Source: Octopus bimaculoides (Eukaryota). From it: a DNA stretch of 64,000 bases. Position numbers and translations under genes: made by a program. The notes under the pieces are model-generated. The model saw only the letters and a program-made list of their open reading frames with translations, made no database searches and was not told where the DNA came from. The stretch spans positions 73,312,211 to 73,376,210 of the forward strand of contig NC_068987.1 in assembly GCF_001194135.2 (NCBI RefSeq), written 5' to 3'. Of this stretch, positions 13,601 to 27,100 are shown in pieces (position 1 is the first letter of the stretch; the number at the start of each line of letters is the position of its first letter).

Positions 13601-16582
13601 ATGTCACAACAAAGAGACACACAGTATTTCTGTTCTAAATTCACTTACAAGTCTTTAGTCTGGTAGGGGCTAGGAGACATGCCCAAAATGACATGCAGTT
13701 GAGTTTAACCATGTGGTTAAGAAGTAAACTTCTTAGCCATAATGTCAATGCTATACTTTTATATCCATCTATTCATGTTATCCCCATTAGTAATTTTATT
13801 TGTGAGGTATCTCAGTCCTTTGTCATGTTGTTGGAGAAGTTCAGCATCTGGAGGTTGTCCCTCAGTACTTCATCCCATGTCTTCTTGGGTCTCTCTTTTC
13901 CATGTGTTCCATCCACTTTGCGAGATTGGTACTTTATGGAGCTTTCAGCATCCATCTGCATCATATGAGCTAACCAGTGTAGTCTTCTCTCTTGCACACT
14001 GTGTTTAATTCCTCTTGAGGTAAATTTTTCTGTGTCTGGATGCCCTTCCTGTTACCAGCCCTCACCTGTTTCCAGTCAATGACTGCTTACCAAACTATAG
14101 TTATTGGAGATCTGACTTGTTGTTTTCTGTTGCAGCCACTGTGCCAGCCATACTATGACCTTGCTACATCATACGGAACAAATAACCCATCAGATCTGCG
14201 GATGATTGTCAATAAGCACTCGGAAGTATTCAGTAAGGTAAGAATATATTGACGTATCTTGTGTACATGTATCAACACTAGGTGTTCTCTTTCACTTGTA
14301 CCTAGTCACACACCATCCCACCACCACTACCAGTTCCTATCTGTCATCACTGATTANNNNNNNNNNNNNNNNNNNNNNNNNNNNNNNNNNNNNNNNNNNN
14401 NNNNNNNNNNNNNNNNNNNNNNNNNNNNNNNNNNNNNNNNNNNNNNNNNNNNNNNNNNNNNNNNNNNNNNNNNNNNNNNNNNNNNNNNNNGTGGGGAGGG
14501 AATTAAATAGCAGAATGTGGAAGGGGAGGGGACACTGGGCTGCACACCCCAGAACAAATGGCATGCTCAGTCATGCTCCGTAGTTATGATTGCAATGGCA
14601 TTGCTATGGAGAAGGTCAGCGACACTTATTGCAACAGCCACTCCACTTCATAGGGGTTCATTCCTCAGATGGGTTGATGTTATCCTGATTTTGCAAATGA
14701 AATTGGTAGTGTGGGTCCGAGAACACTTGAGGTCTCAATGGCAACTGGCACAGACTGAAAGCAGTTGGTCAGGTGATTTAGCTGGGGAGTGCCTGGAAAG
14801 CTGGTTTTGTCTTCCTGAATGTCCTTGTTGTTTAACTGGGAGAGGTTGTCGTTCATTGGTTACTTTCTCCACCAGCTGAACACCCACTTGTGCTTGTCAC
14901 CAAGCAGCTCAGCCATAGATCTAGTTAGGGTCCAAGTTTCACGCTTGTAAAGGAGGATTGGGTTGGCTGTTGCTATAAAGAAACTGTTTTGGGGCTGTTT
15001 GGAGAGGCTGGCAATCCAGTTATTTATTTACATCATTAAATACTTTCCAGAAAAGGCCTCTACACAACTTAATATTCCTCTCCAAGCTAGCTATAAATAA
15101 TTTGAATTACTTCAAGTCTAAAGCTTGTTTGAGCAGAACATCTTCAATGGTCTTAAATGAGTCACTGTCAAAGTCCATCAGCAGAGTACTTTCAATGGAA
15201 GTGAACGGGGCTCTTTCAAGGGTCTTGAGCAGACCATCTTTGATAATCTTGAGCAAAGACCGTTCGATGGTCTTGAGTAAAGACTGTCTGATGGTCTTGA
15301 GTGGAGATTTTTCAGTGCTCTTAAGCAGAGCTTTTTCAAAAATCTTGTGTGCCTCTAGATATATACTGTAATCTAATTAACATTTGTATGTCGTCTATGT
15401 TCAACACGTATCTTGTAAAATAATGTATTTTCTTATATATAATCTACACTAAAACTATATTGTTATAATCCACACGCGTCTTTTATCTCTCAACAGGACA
15501 ACAACATGGGTCTAGTAAAACAGTGTATTATCTCCCTTTATAAAAAAAATATACAAAGATTAACCAAGGTAAGAAGATTTTTCTCTTTTTTTTTTTTCAA
15601 AATTTTAGGTAGATATCAGCTATAGCAATAACGGAACCAATGAGTTTCTATCAAAGCATTGAAGTCTCTGTTTTCTAATGACTGAGCTTTTTCCACAGAC
15701 CCTTGCATTATAATGTTAAAGAGGTATAATTATATTATTTCTGTAGCTGGTTCAAATCTTTATTTTGACCATATGTATGTGTGTATATGCACAAACATTT
15801 ACATATGGTTTCAGATTCATTCTCATTCTACAACTCCTTGTGAGTGAATTTGGTAGATGAAAACTGTATAAAGCCCATCATATATGTACATATGTGTGTG
15901 TCTGTGTCAATGGTTACATTCTGCACTGCACATGAAATAACAACACTTAATGATGTTTGTCAACGTTTATCTGTCAAAAAATTCATCTGGTAACTCTTGC
16001 CTTTGAAGGCACAAGTGAAATTAAAAGTCTCTTGCCTGAAAAATAGGAAGAGTATCCAGCTGTAAAACGATGTCTCAATAATATGTATTTATCCAATTCA
16101 TGAGGGCATGGAAAAATGGATGTAAAATAGATAAACATATAGTGAATCCCATAAATATTGTGTGTGTAATAGTTTTCAACATCCATTTTTTTCCCCTGTG
16201 TGTGTATGTTTGTGTGCATATCTATGTGTATACGTGTGTGTGTGTGCAATATGGCGTCATGTAATAGTGCTTGTGCAGCGCAATGTAAAAGGACCAGTGT
16301 GGCACCAGCGGCACCATGTAAAAGCCCCTGTGCAGTACTACATAGAAGTGCCCATGCAGCACCATGTAAAAGCACCTGTGTAACACCAAGTAAAAGCACC
16401 AATGAAGTGCCACGTAAAAGTACCCAGCACACTTTGTAAAGTGGTTGGCGTTAAGGGCAAGCATCCTGCCATAGAAACCATGCCAAATCAGACTGGAGTC
16501 TGGTGCAGCCTTCCAGCATGCCAGCTTTGGTCACATCATCCAACCTATGCCAGCATGGAGAATGGACATTAAATAATGAATA

Positions 16583-16626
<44 letters not shown>

Positions 16627-16984
16627 GAGAATATACAAATAATAACAACAGACGAGGACAGGTGGTGTAAATAACAAAAGTATATATTAGTATGACGCTC
16701 GGGAATACGGAAAGTCTTTGACGTTTCGAGCTACGCTCTTCAACAGAAAGAATACGGAGACAAGGAGAAAAACACGGAGAAAAAAAAAAAATATATATAT
16801 AATGTTGAATATTTAGTTCTGTGGATCAGTTGTCTGTTGTTCCTAATTTTGTTCGCATCTGGAATAGACAGTGGCTCTGTAGAACAAAATATTCAAATGG
16901 ATTAAGTACTTAATTGAATGTAGTCTCTTTAATTTCATAATTGAGAATGCCAAGAATTATACATACTTATACACATGTACATTT

Positions 16985-17039
<55 letters not shown>

Positions 17040-18815
17040 NNNNNNNNNNNNNNNNNNNNNNNNNNNNNNNNNNNNTATATATATATATATATATATATGC
17101 ACATACATATATATTTACAACCCATGCCAGCATGGAAAACAGATGTTAAAGGAGAGGATGAATGATGATGATGATGACATGATATATATATATCATCATC
17201 ATCATCATCATCGTTTAACGTCCGCTTTCCATGCTAGCATGGGTTGGACGATTTGACTGAGGACTGGTGAAACCGGATGGCTACACCAGGCTCCAATCTG
17301 ATTTGGCAGAGTGTCTGCAGCTGGATGCCATTCCTAACACCAACCACTCAGAGAGTGTAGTGGGTGCTTTTACGTGTCACCCACACGAAGGCCAGTCAGG
17401 CGGTACTGGCAACGGCCATATATATATATATATATATATATATGTTATGTAGAGAGAGAGAGAGGTTGCATATATATATATATGTATATATTTATGGTGT
17501 GGGTGTATTTTATTGTACTACTGGGACTGGAGCACCTGTCTATGGTAGAACTGGTAAGTCCCTTCTACTTAACATGTAAATAAATACGAAAAGTAAAAGG
17601 TAGTGCTATTTCAGACAAACCAAGTTTTATGTCCATGTCTCTTGTCTCTTTCTATTATTAAGAACTCTCTCATTTCTCTTATTTTGTCCATAGACGTTCC
17701 TCACATTATCATTAGCAGATATGGCTGGCCGAGTACAACTTCCTGGTCCAGCTGAAGCCGAAAAATATGTTTTGCGTATGGTAAGCAATGTTTACTGCAT
17801 GTATTGTTGTTATGTTCTGCTTTTATTGTTGGCATTGCTGTTTGATTGAGGCACTGTCTGGCAATAAATTCATCTCATAAAGTCCATGTTTAGTAGACAT
17901 GTTAACCAGATATTCCTGAAAATCTCTCTCCAATTGACACTGCTCTGAGGAATATAGGGCATAATAGTAGTGGTACAATAGAAAACAATTTTGTTTTTTT
18001 CATATTTAACATTAGTTGTGTCCTTGAGCAAGACACTTTATTTCATGTTGCTTTAGTCCACTCAGCTGGCAAAAATGAGTTGTACCTGTCATTCAAGGGG
18101 CCAGCCTTGTTTCACATTCATGCTGAATCTCCCTGAGAACTATGTTAAGGGTATGTGTCTCTGTGAAGTACTCAGCCACTTGCATGTTAATTTCACGAGT
18201 AGGCTGTTTTGTCAATCATATCAACTGGAATACTTATCATAACTAATGGAGAGTCAGTAATGACAATAATAATCCTTGGATGGAATTTATAAATATTTTA
18301 ATGCATTGCTACGTGTGTTTTCACAATTTACAGGTTTCTTAAGATCATAATCCGTATTCCTGGGATAATTGCAGTGCAGTCTGTAGTATCCATGGACATC
18401 AGGTAGATCATGTTCATGCATTCATTTTTTTGGGAAAAATAACATTAATGGATGTTTAACTTTGGGTTGTTTACCAATTTCGACCAACGAGAAGGTAGAT
18501 TGGGGCATGTGGCTATTTCTGTGTGTATTTGTTGGGGACTGGTGGGAGGTGATAGAAAGAAAGAAATGAATGATAGTTATAAGGAGGTGGGAGGTGTGTG
18601 TGGTGCTGTTGGACTTATTTTGCTATTTGAGTATGCAGATGTCAGGATGGGTAGTATAGATTTTTTGTTTGATCTTATTCACAGCAGGCCCCCTCATTCA
18701 TAGAGTAATTCCAAAAAACTGGTATCACCAGTTGACCTCATTAGGCTGTAGCTGGAATAATACAATAAGAGCTTTTATATGCATACTCAAAACATTTCCT
18801 GTAAACAAACTTAAA

Positions 18816-18857
<42 letters not shown>

Positions 18858-20532
18858 TTCCGGGTTCAGTCCCACTGTGTGACATCTTGGGCAAGTGTCT
18901 TCTACTATAGCCTCGGGCCGACCAAAGCCTTGTGAGTGGATTTGGTAGACGGAAACTGAAAGAAGCCCGTCGTATATATGTATATATATGTATATGTGTG
19001 TGTGTGTGTGTGTGTTTGTCCCCCTAGCATTGCTTGACAACCAATGTTGGTGTGTTTATGTCCCTGTCACTTAGTGGTTTGGCAAAAGAGACTGATAGAA
19101 TAAGTACTAGGCTTATAAAGAATAAGTCCCAGGGTCGATTTGCTCAACTAAAGGCGGTGCTCCAGCATGGCCGCAGTCAAATGACTGAAACAAGTAAAAG
19201 AGAGTAAAAGAGAAAGAGAANNNNNNNNNNAGCTGGCTTATCGGACACAGTAGTGTGTCGATAAGCCAGCTGGAGGAGATGTCCTCCTGGGGCTAAAAGC
19301 AACAGTAACATCCACCCCTAGGGGTCAGCCACACTTAAGTGGCAATATACTACACTTTATCGTGCAGTTACTGTTAATACTTCATTTAGAGAATTAACAT
19401 ATATATATATAATAGGATATATTTACACTTTGTAAAGTAGTTGTGGTAGGAAGGGCATCCAGCTGTCAAAACCATGTAAAAACAAACATTGGCACTTGAT
19501 GTAGTTCTCTGACCTGTTGGATCCTGTCAAACTGATGAACCTATTCCAGCATGAAATACAGACACTAAGTGATGATGATGATGACGATGATGATGATGAT
19601 GTCTGCGTGCGTGTGTGTGTGTGATTTTATTGTGAAGTGAATTTTGGGATACTGTGTCTCTACCTCACCTATTTTCTTCTAACCACCCCACTGTGGCTGT
19701 ATTGATACTTGTTTATAGTCAGTGAGTCTGATTTAAAAGACGAAATCGTATATGACAAAGGACAACCAGGTTTGAATTCATGACATATTATCCAGCTTCT
19801 TATTCTCAGTCACTGTGCTGGTGCCATGTAAAAAACACCCAGTACAGCCTGTAAAATGGTTGGCATTAGGAGGGGCCTCCAGCCATAAAAGCCATGCCAA
19901 AACCGACAATAAGCACCTGGTGCAGCTCTCCAGCTTGTCAGCGCTTGTCAAACTGTTCAACCCATGCAAGTATGGAAAATGGACATTAAATGATGATGAT
20001 GTTGTTTCTGTTCCACCTGCTTCTGTTGTTGCTATAGTTCAGTGGTGTTTTTAGTAAATTAAGACTAGTGGTAAACTACAGTGGTAGGAGTTTTTGTTGT
20101 TTGATAGATTTTTTTTTTTTTACAAGAACGTGAACTTGACCTTGGTGTCTCTTTTAGTAGGAGCATGGAAAACATGTTTTCACCAAAAGGAATTTTGCTT
20201 CTGACCATGAGTTGGTCCACAGTATGTTGTTGCACACAATGCAGTGTGATGTTCTTTTCATCCTGGTGTTGTTATTCATTTTTCTGTCTTTCTCTCCTCC
20301 TTCCCTGTTACTTGATTTTATCCTCTTTTTCCTTTCACCCTTTTCAGATTGAAGATGGTGAAATCTTTGCCACCATCAACCAGAAAGATGGGATGGTGGA
20401 GTTCCATGACAACCCCGAGAAATACAACAGTGCTCACATGCTGCTACAGCTCAACACAGAGGTAAGTTGAATGGGGTTGATATAACAGTTGAGGTTGATG
20501 AGGGGGGAGAGATATGTATTTGTACACATATC

Positions 20533-20567
<35 letters not shown>

Positions 20568-23500
20568 ATCTATCTATATAGGCGTGGCTGTGTGGTAAGA
20601 AGCATGCTTCCCAACCACATGGTTCTGGGTTCAGTCCCACCACATGGTACCTTGTGCAAGTGTCTTCCACTATAGCTTTGGGCTGACTAAAGCCTTGTGA
20701 GTGGATTTGCCTGATGGAAACTGAAAGAAACTCAGAGTGTGTGTCTGTATGTCTTTGTGTCTGTGTTTGTCCCTCAACTCCACTTAATGACTGGTATTGT
20801 TATGTTTATGTCCCCATAACTTAGCAGCTCAGTAAAAGTGATCAATAGAATAAATATCAGGCTTAAAAAAAAGTACTGGAGTGTAAGGCAGTGCCCCAGC
20901 ATGGCCAGTCAATGATTGAAATAAATAAGATAAATGATATATTTATACACACACACATATATTATAGATATACATATGCACATATGAGTGCGTGTGTATA
21001 CCACATATAAAGTAAGAAGGATTACATATCAGGATCTATGTGGATGCATATATCTATGTGTGTTTGTATATATTTATGTGTCTATATATGTGTGTATATG
21101 TGTATATATATAATAATACTAATAATGATAATGATAGCTGACATGGATGTTGGTTGTGACTTTGTATAGAGAGAAGGGGAGACAGAATAAAAGTGAGATA
21201 TAGAAAGAGTAAACCTGAAAGATGCAAGATACTAGGCTTGTGGCTGGAAATAAGTAAATGAATGTTTTATGTATAAACACAATGGGAGGAAAAGAATCAT
21301 AGAAAAAGTTTGCTCCCTAACCACATGCTTTCAAGTTAAATTCCATTGGGGGCAATGGAATTTAACTTGAAAGAAACACAGAGCATCTCAACAGAAATAT
21401 GGTAACAAAAAGGTTAATGGGTTGTGTGTCTGTGGGGTGCTCAGCCACTTGAATATAATTTCTTGAGTGGGCTGATCAGATCAACTGGAACCCTCATTGT
21501 CATGACTGACAGAGTGCCAGTTATGTGTGTGTGTGTGTGTAAAACTAAAAAATTAAGTGCATATTATTGTTTCACGTAGGTATCTTTGTCAGGTGGAATG
21601 TAGAGGTAAGACTGGAAAGGGTGCAAAGTTTGATTACTCATGTTAGATCGATGTGGTGGTCTCAACATGTTTTTTGTTATTTTCTACTTAAGTGGTAGAT
21701 TGATTTTATAACCTTTGATCCCCTGTTTTAATTTAAGTGTCAAGTGGCATAGTCTGTGGAATGTCTTTGTTCTGCTGAAATTGTGTCTCCACCACCTCTC
21801 TGTTTATATTTGTATGTTCATTAAACATCAACGTTTAAGCCATGAAACACGGGCATTAAATAATGATGATGATTTACCATGCTATTATGAGCTGACTGGG
21901 TATTCTGTTTGTGTGTGTGTGTATAAGACCAAAGTTGTTAGTAAGAAACAAGATAAAGCTCCCTTTCTGTGAGGTAAATGGCCCTGATCAATATATAGGA
22001 AAGGAGTTAGAAGAAATTCCATTCACTGCACCCAGTGTTAACTGTGGACACATAAGAGGTGCAGTGGAATCATAGGTGGATTAACAGATAAAGTCGTCTT
22101 TGTATGTGGCAGATGTGCAGGAACAATAAGCACTAAGAGCACATGGGACTTAGATTCTCTCAAATGTCCAGGAGGCTCTTTTGAGGTTGTAGAAAGTTTT
22201 TGTTACCTAGGTGACCAAATTAGCAATGGTGGAGGATGCTCTGAAAGTATTGTTTCTAGAATAAGAATTGGGTGGAGGAAGTTCAGAGAGCTATTACCTC
22301 TGTTGGCAACAAAAGGACTCTCTCCCAGAGTGAAAGGTAGGTTATATGATGCTTGTATGCGAATGGCTATACTCCATGGTAGTGAGACATGGGCTTTGAA
22401 TTCAGAAGACATGTAGACTGGAGAGAAATGAAGGTAGTACGCTCTGTTGGATGTGCAACATCAGTGTGCATGTACAACAAAGTGCAACTGTATTGAGAGA
22501 GAAGTTGGGCATAAGAGGAATCAAACATAGCATGCAAGAGAGAAGACTACATTGGTTTGGACATGTGATGAGTTTGAATGAGTACAGCTGCATAAAGAAG
22601 TGCTGATCACTGAAAATAGATGGTACCTGTGGAAGAGGGAGACCCTGGAAGACATGGGATGGAGTAGTAAGCCAATCTCAGGATGTTGGGCCTCACGGAG
22701 GAAATGACTATGGACCGAGATGTCTGGCGATATGAAGTTCTAGGGAAGACCTACCCATGTCAGTGAAACTGAGTTCTAGAAGCACTGTGTGTCCCACCCA
22801 CACTTAAGATTTTTCACACACTCTACTTCAACAAACTAAACTACATCTCTACATCTCTTCCTCACGTTTCCAATTCATGCACTAGGCCTACCTCCCACTT
22901 TGCAATCCTGTCCTCTTGGCCCTGTGCCACTGTATCATTGGTCTCCACCAGCTTCCAGCCTGTGTGTTCCGCCCATGCCCTGTATCACTGTATCATTACT
23001 ATCTGCTAGCCCTTGACCTGTGTGTTCCACCCACATGGAACAAGAAAACTTTTCACACATCCTAACCCAACAAACCAATCTACATCTCTTCTTCACATTT
23101 CCTCCTTCATACTCTGTGCCTAGCTCCCACTCCCCAGTTCTATCCTCACGGCCCTGTTCCTCTGTATCATTGCTATCTGGTAGCCCCCTGACTCTATATA
23201 TACCCAGGTTTTCGCCAGTCACTCCCCCCTCAGCACTCTTTAATCATGCTTCCTTCACAATATACTGCCAATTATATTATGGAGTTCATACCCCAAGGGT
23301 ATGCCCTGGCACTTTCCACCATCTATTTCTCTCTTCCTTCACTCAACCATCCCATTTATATTCTGATCCCCATCCCTTGCAAGTATACCTGCCACTTTGT
23401 CACCATCTCTATCCTGCTGTCTCCCACTCTCTCTCTTCTTCTCCTGCACTTCCCTCAGCGCACCTGTTTCTGTCTTCATTCCTGATCTCTCTCTCTCTCT

Positions 23501-24078
23501 CTTTGGCCAGGTAACCTTGTACCTCCTCTACAGCAAGACACCTGTTTCTGTCTCTCTGCCTCACGATAACCTTTCATCATCTGACACAAGATCACCTCCT
23601 CCAACGTCCCCTCCTTTCTCAAAAGAGTTTTTTTTTTGTCTTGCAAGTACTTGGTGGCCCTCACAGTGCAGGTGCCACTTAAAAGCACCCAGTCCACACT
23701 GTAAAGTGGTTGGTGTTTGGAAGGGCATCCAGCTGTAAAAACATTGTCAAAACTGACCTCACCTGTGCTTGTGCCACGTAAAAAGCACTAAGTCCACTCT
23801 ACTGAGTGGTTGGTGTTAGGAAAGGCATCCAGCTGTAAAAACTCTGCCAAAACAGTTACAGAAGTCTGGTGCAGGCTTCAGCCTAACTGGCTCTTGTCAA
23901 ACTGTCCCACTTATGCCAGCATGGAAGGCGGATGTTAAACGATGATGATNNNNNNNNNNNNNNNNNNNNNNNNNNNNNNNNNNNNNNNNNNNNNNNNNNN
24001 NNNNNNNNNNNNNNNNNNNNNNNNNNNNNNNNNNNNNNNNNNNNNNNNNNNNNNNNNNNNNNNNNNNNNNNNNNNNNN

Positions 24079-24131
<53 letters not shown>

Positions 24132-24139
24132 ACATACAT

Positions 24140-24172
<33 letters not shown>

Positions 24173-27100
24173 GATGCAGGGTTCAGTGGTTAGAGCATTG
24201 GGCTTACAATCATGAGGTTGTGAGGTCGATCACTAGATTAGGCTGCATGTTGTGTTCTTGAGCAAGACACTTTATTTCCCGTTGCTTTAGTTCACTCAGC
24301 TGTAGAAAAGAGTTGCGACACCACTGGAGCCAAGCTGTACTGGCCTTTCTATTGGATACCATCAGTGGCGTGCAGAAGGGAGGCTGGTACATATGGGTGA
24401 CTGCTAGTCTTTCACAAGCAGCCTTGCCCAGACTTGTGCTTTGGAAGGGAACTTTCTAGGTGCAATCCCATGGTCATTCATGACCAAAGGTTTTTGTTTT
24501 ACCCTTTATGTTTGTGTGTGTGTGTGTGGGGGTAAGTAGGTGAAATAATCACAAAGTAAAATAATGATGATAGCTTGTAGAACTATTTTCATTAGCATAT
24601 GTATGGAAGTTAGGGTAGTGAATCATGAAGCTTATGTACATGTTATGTCAAAGGGGCCCCTCTCTTCTCTCTCTCTCTTTTTTTCAAGGGAAATTCATGT
24701 CCTGTTTGTTGCTATTAATATTGCCATAACAAATGTTTGCCTTGTTATGTATTTAATGTTGTACTGTTGTATCAACTTTGTCGGCTTGTCACCATTAATG
24801 ACAATAGCAACAAGAAACACCTCGAAATTATTAACCGCACCAACACTACAAATAATACCATTTGCAATGAGCCAAGGGATCACACCTCTGTGTGATTGTT
24901 TATTTAACTTGGTAGAAATTACTGCCAAATCTCTCAGATCACCACCTATCGTCATCATCATTTAATGTCTGTTTTCCATGCTGGCATGGATCGGATGGTT
25001 TGACCGGAGCTGGTAAGGTTGGGAGCCACACCAGGCACTGTTTTCTGTTCTGGCATGGTTTCTACAGCTGGGTGCCCTTCCTAATGCCAACCACTATACA
25101 GACGGTATTGGGTGCTTTTATGTGGCACCAGCACCAGTGCTTTTAATGTGGCACCAGCACCAGTGCTTTTTATTTGGCACCAGCATGAGTGCTTTTTATC
25201 TGGCACCAGCACTAGTATCAATTCTGCCATGGCGGATGGGTCTTCTTGAGTACAACAATGCACCTGATATCTTGGACCTTAGTCATCCCTTTCGTAAGTT
25301 TCAGTGTCTTCAAATTAGCCTTCAATACTTTGTCCCTTGAGGTCGGCCCTTTTTTTTTTAAAAAAGGAAGGCTATATTGAATAATGTATTCTTAGATGTA
25401 GATACATTTCTGGAACTGAGACTGGGTGGTGACTTTTACTTAAGGCTGACCTGTGGCTAAACAACACTGCCACCATTAGCACAAATAGCATCGTCATTGT
25501 CTCTGAGTGGTTGGTGTTAGGAAGGGCATCCAGCTGTAGAAACTCTGCCAAATCAGATTGGAGCCTGGGGTTGCCATCCGGTTTCACCAGTCCTCAGTCA
25601 AATCGTCCAACCCATACTAGCATGGAAAGCGGACGTTAAACAATGATGATGATGATTGCCGTCATCATCATCATCATCATCATAATCATCCTTATGTGTT
25701 GTAGTAGCAACAGCTGCAATACTAGTACCATCATCAACTGCAACAGCAATGACAACACTAACAGTGACAATAAACACAGCAGTGACCACGAAACAACAAC
25801 AGCTGTGACGAAAACAAAGAATCAAAAGCAATCAATGTATGATGATGGCAGTTGACATGTTTATAGTGATATAGTATGGTTTGTTAAATATTGCTGTGGC
25901 TGTATATACAAATATACAGGTGGATGAAGAGATGGGTGAAGTTGTTGACACAAACGTTGATAGATCTCACAGCTTTCAACGATAAAACCACAAACAAATG
26001 TATAAGAAAGAAATTGGGAGCAACAGTTTCCGAAATTTGACTGGTAATTATTATATTATTTAACACAGGGTCACCCCAGTTGAATAAAGCTACGATCAAA
26101 GGCATTCCTGCCATGACCATCATGTCTTTTATTCAGCTGGTTACATTATGTAATCTGCTATTTTACTTTGACTGACATCATTTAACGTCTGTTGTCCATG
26201 CTGGGTTGGACGGTGTGACCAGAGCTGGTGGTGGTGGTGGGGGTTCTGCACAAACTCCAGTCTGATTTGGCATGGTTTCTACAGCTGGATGCCCTTCCTG
26301 ATACCAACCACTTTACAGAGTGTGCTGGATGCTTGTATGTGGCACCATAGAAGCACTTTTATGAGGTACCACATGGGTGCGTTTACATGGCAGAACATTG
26401 GCTCTTTTACGTGACACCACATGGGTGATTTTATGTGGCACTATGCAGGTGCTGTTACATGATGCAGCATGGACACTTTTGCATGATACTGCACAGCTTT
26501 TATGCGTCACTGTATGAATGCTTTTACATGACACCACCATGAGTGCTTTACACTACCAGAGAATCTGTCTTAACACTTCTGCTGAGGGGTGCAGGTCTTC
26601 TTGAGTACGGTCTTTTGTCATCTCACCTGGGAGAGAAAGAGAGACTCTCTCCATCTCTATCTTTCTCTCTCTTCTTCTCCAGCCGGGGCATCCTTATATC
26701 TCTTCTACAGCAAGGCACCTGTTTCTATCCCTCTGTTATTTTTTTAACATCTCTTCAACTGGCACAAAGCCACTTCACCCTCAATACTACTACCTCATTT
26801 GAGAGAACTTTGTCTTCTTGTGTCATAAGTTACTTGGTGACACCACAGGTGCTGGTGCCATGAAAAAAAGCACCCACTACACTCTGTAAAGTGGTTAGCA
26901 TCCAACTATAGAAACCATGCCAAAACAGACAATAAAGTTGGTACAGCCCTCTTGCTTGCCAGTTCTTGTCAAACCATGCAACCTGTGCCAGCATTGGAAA
27001 ACAGATGTTAAATGATAATGATGATGATAACAACTTACTTTTATTGAAATGGTAAAATTCATGAGGAGATTTGACTACTATTATTAGCAGGACAAGCAAC

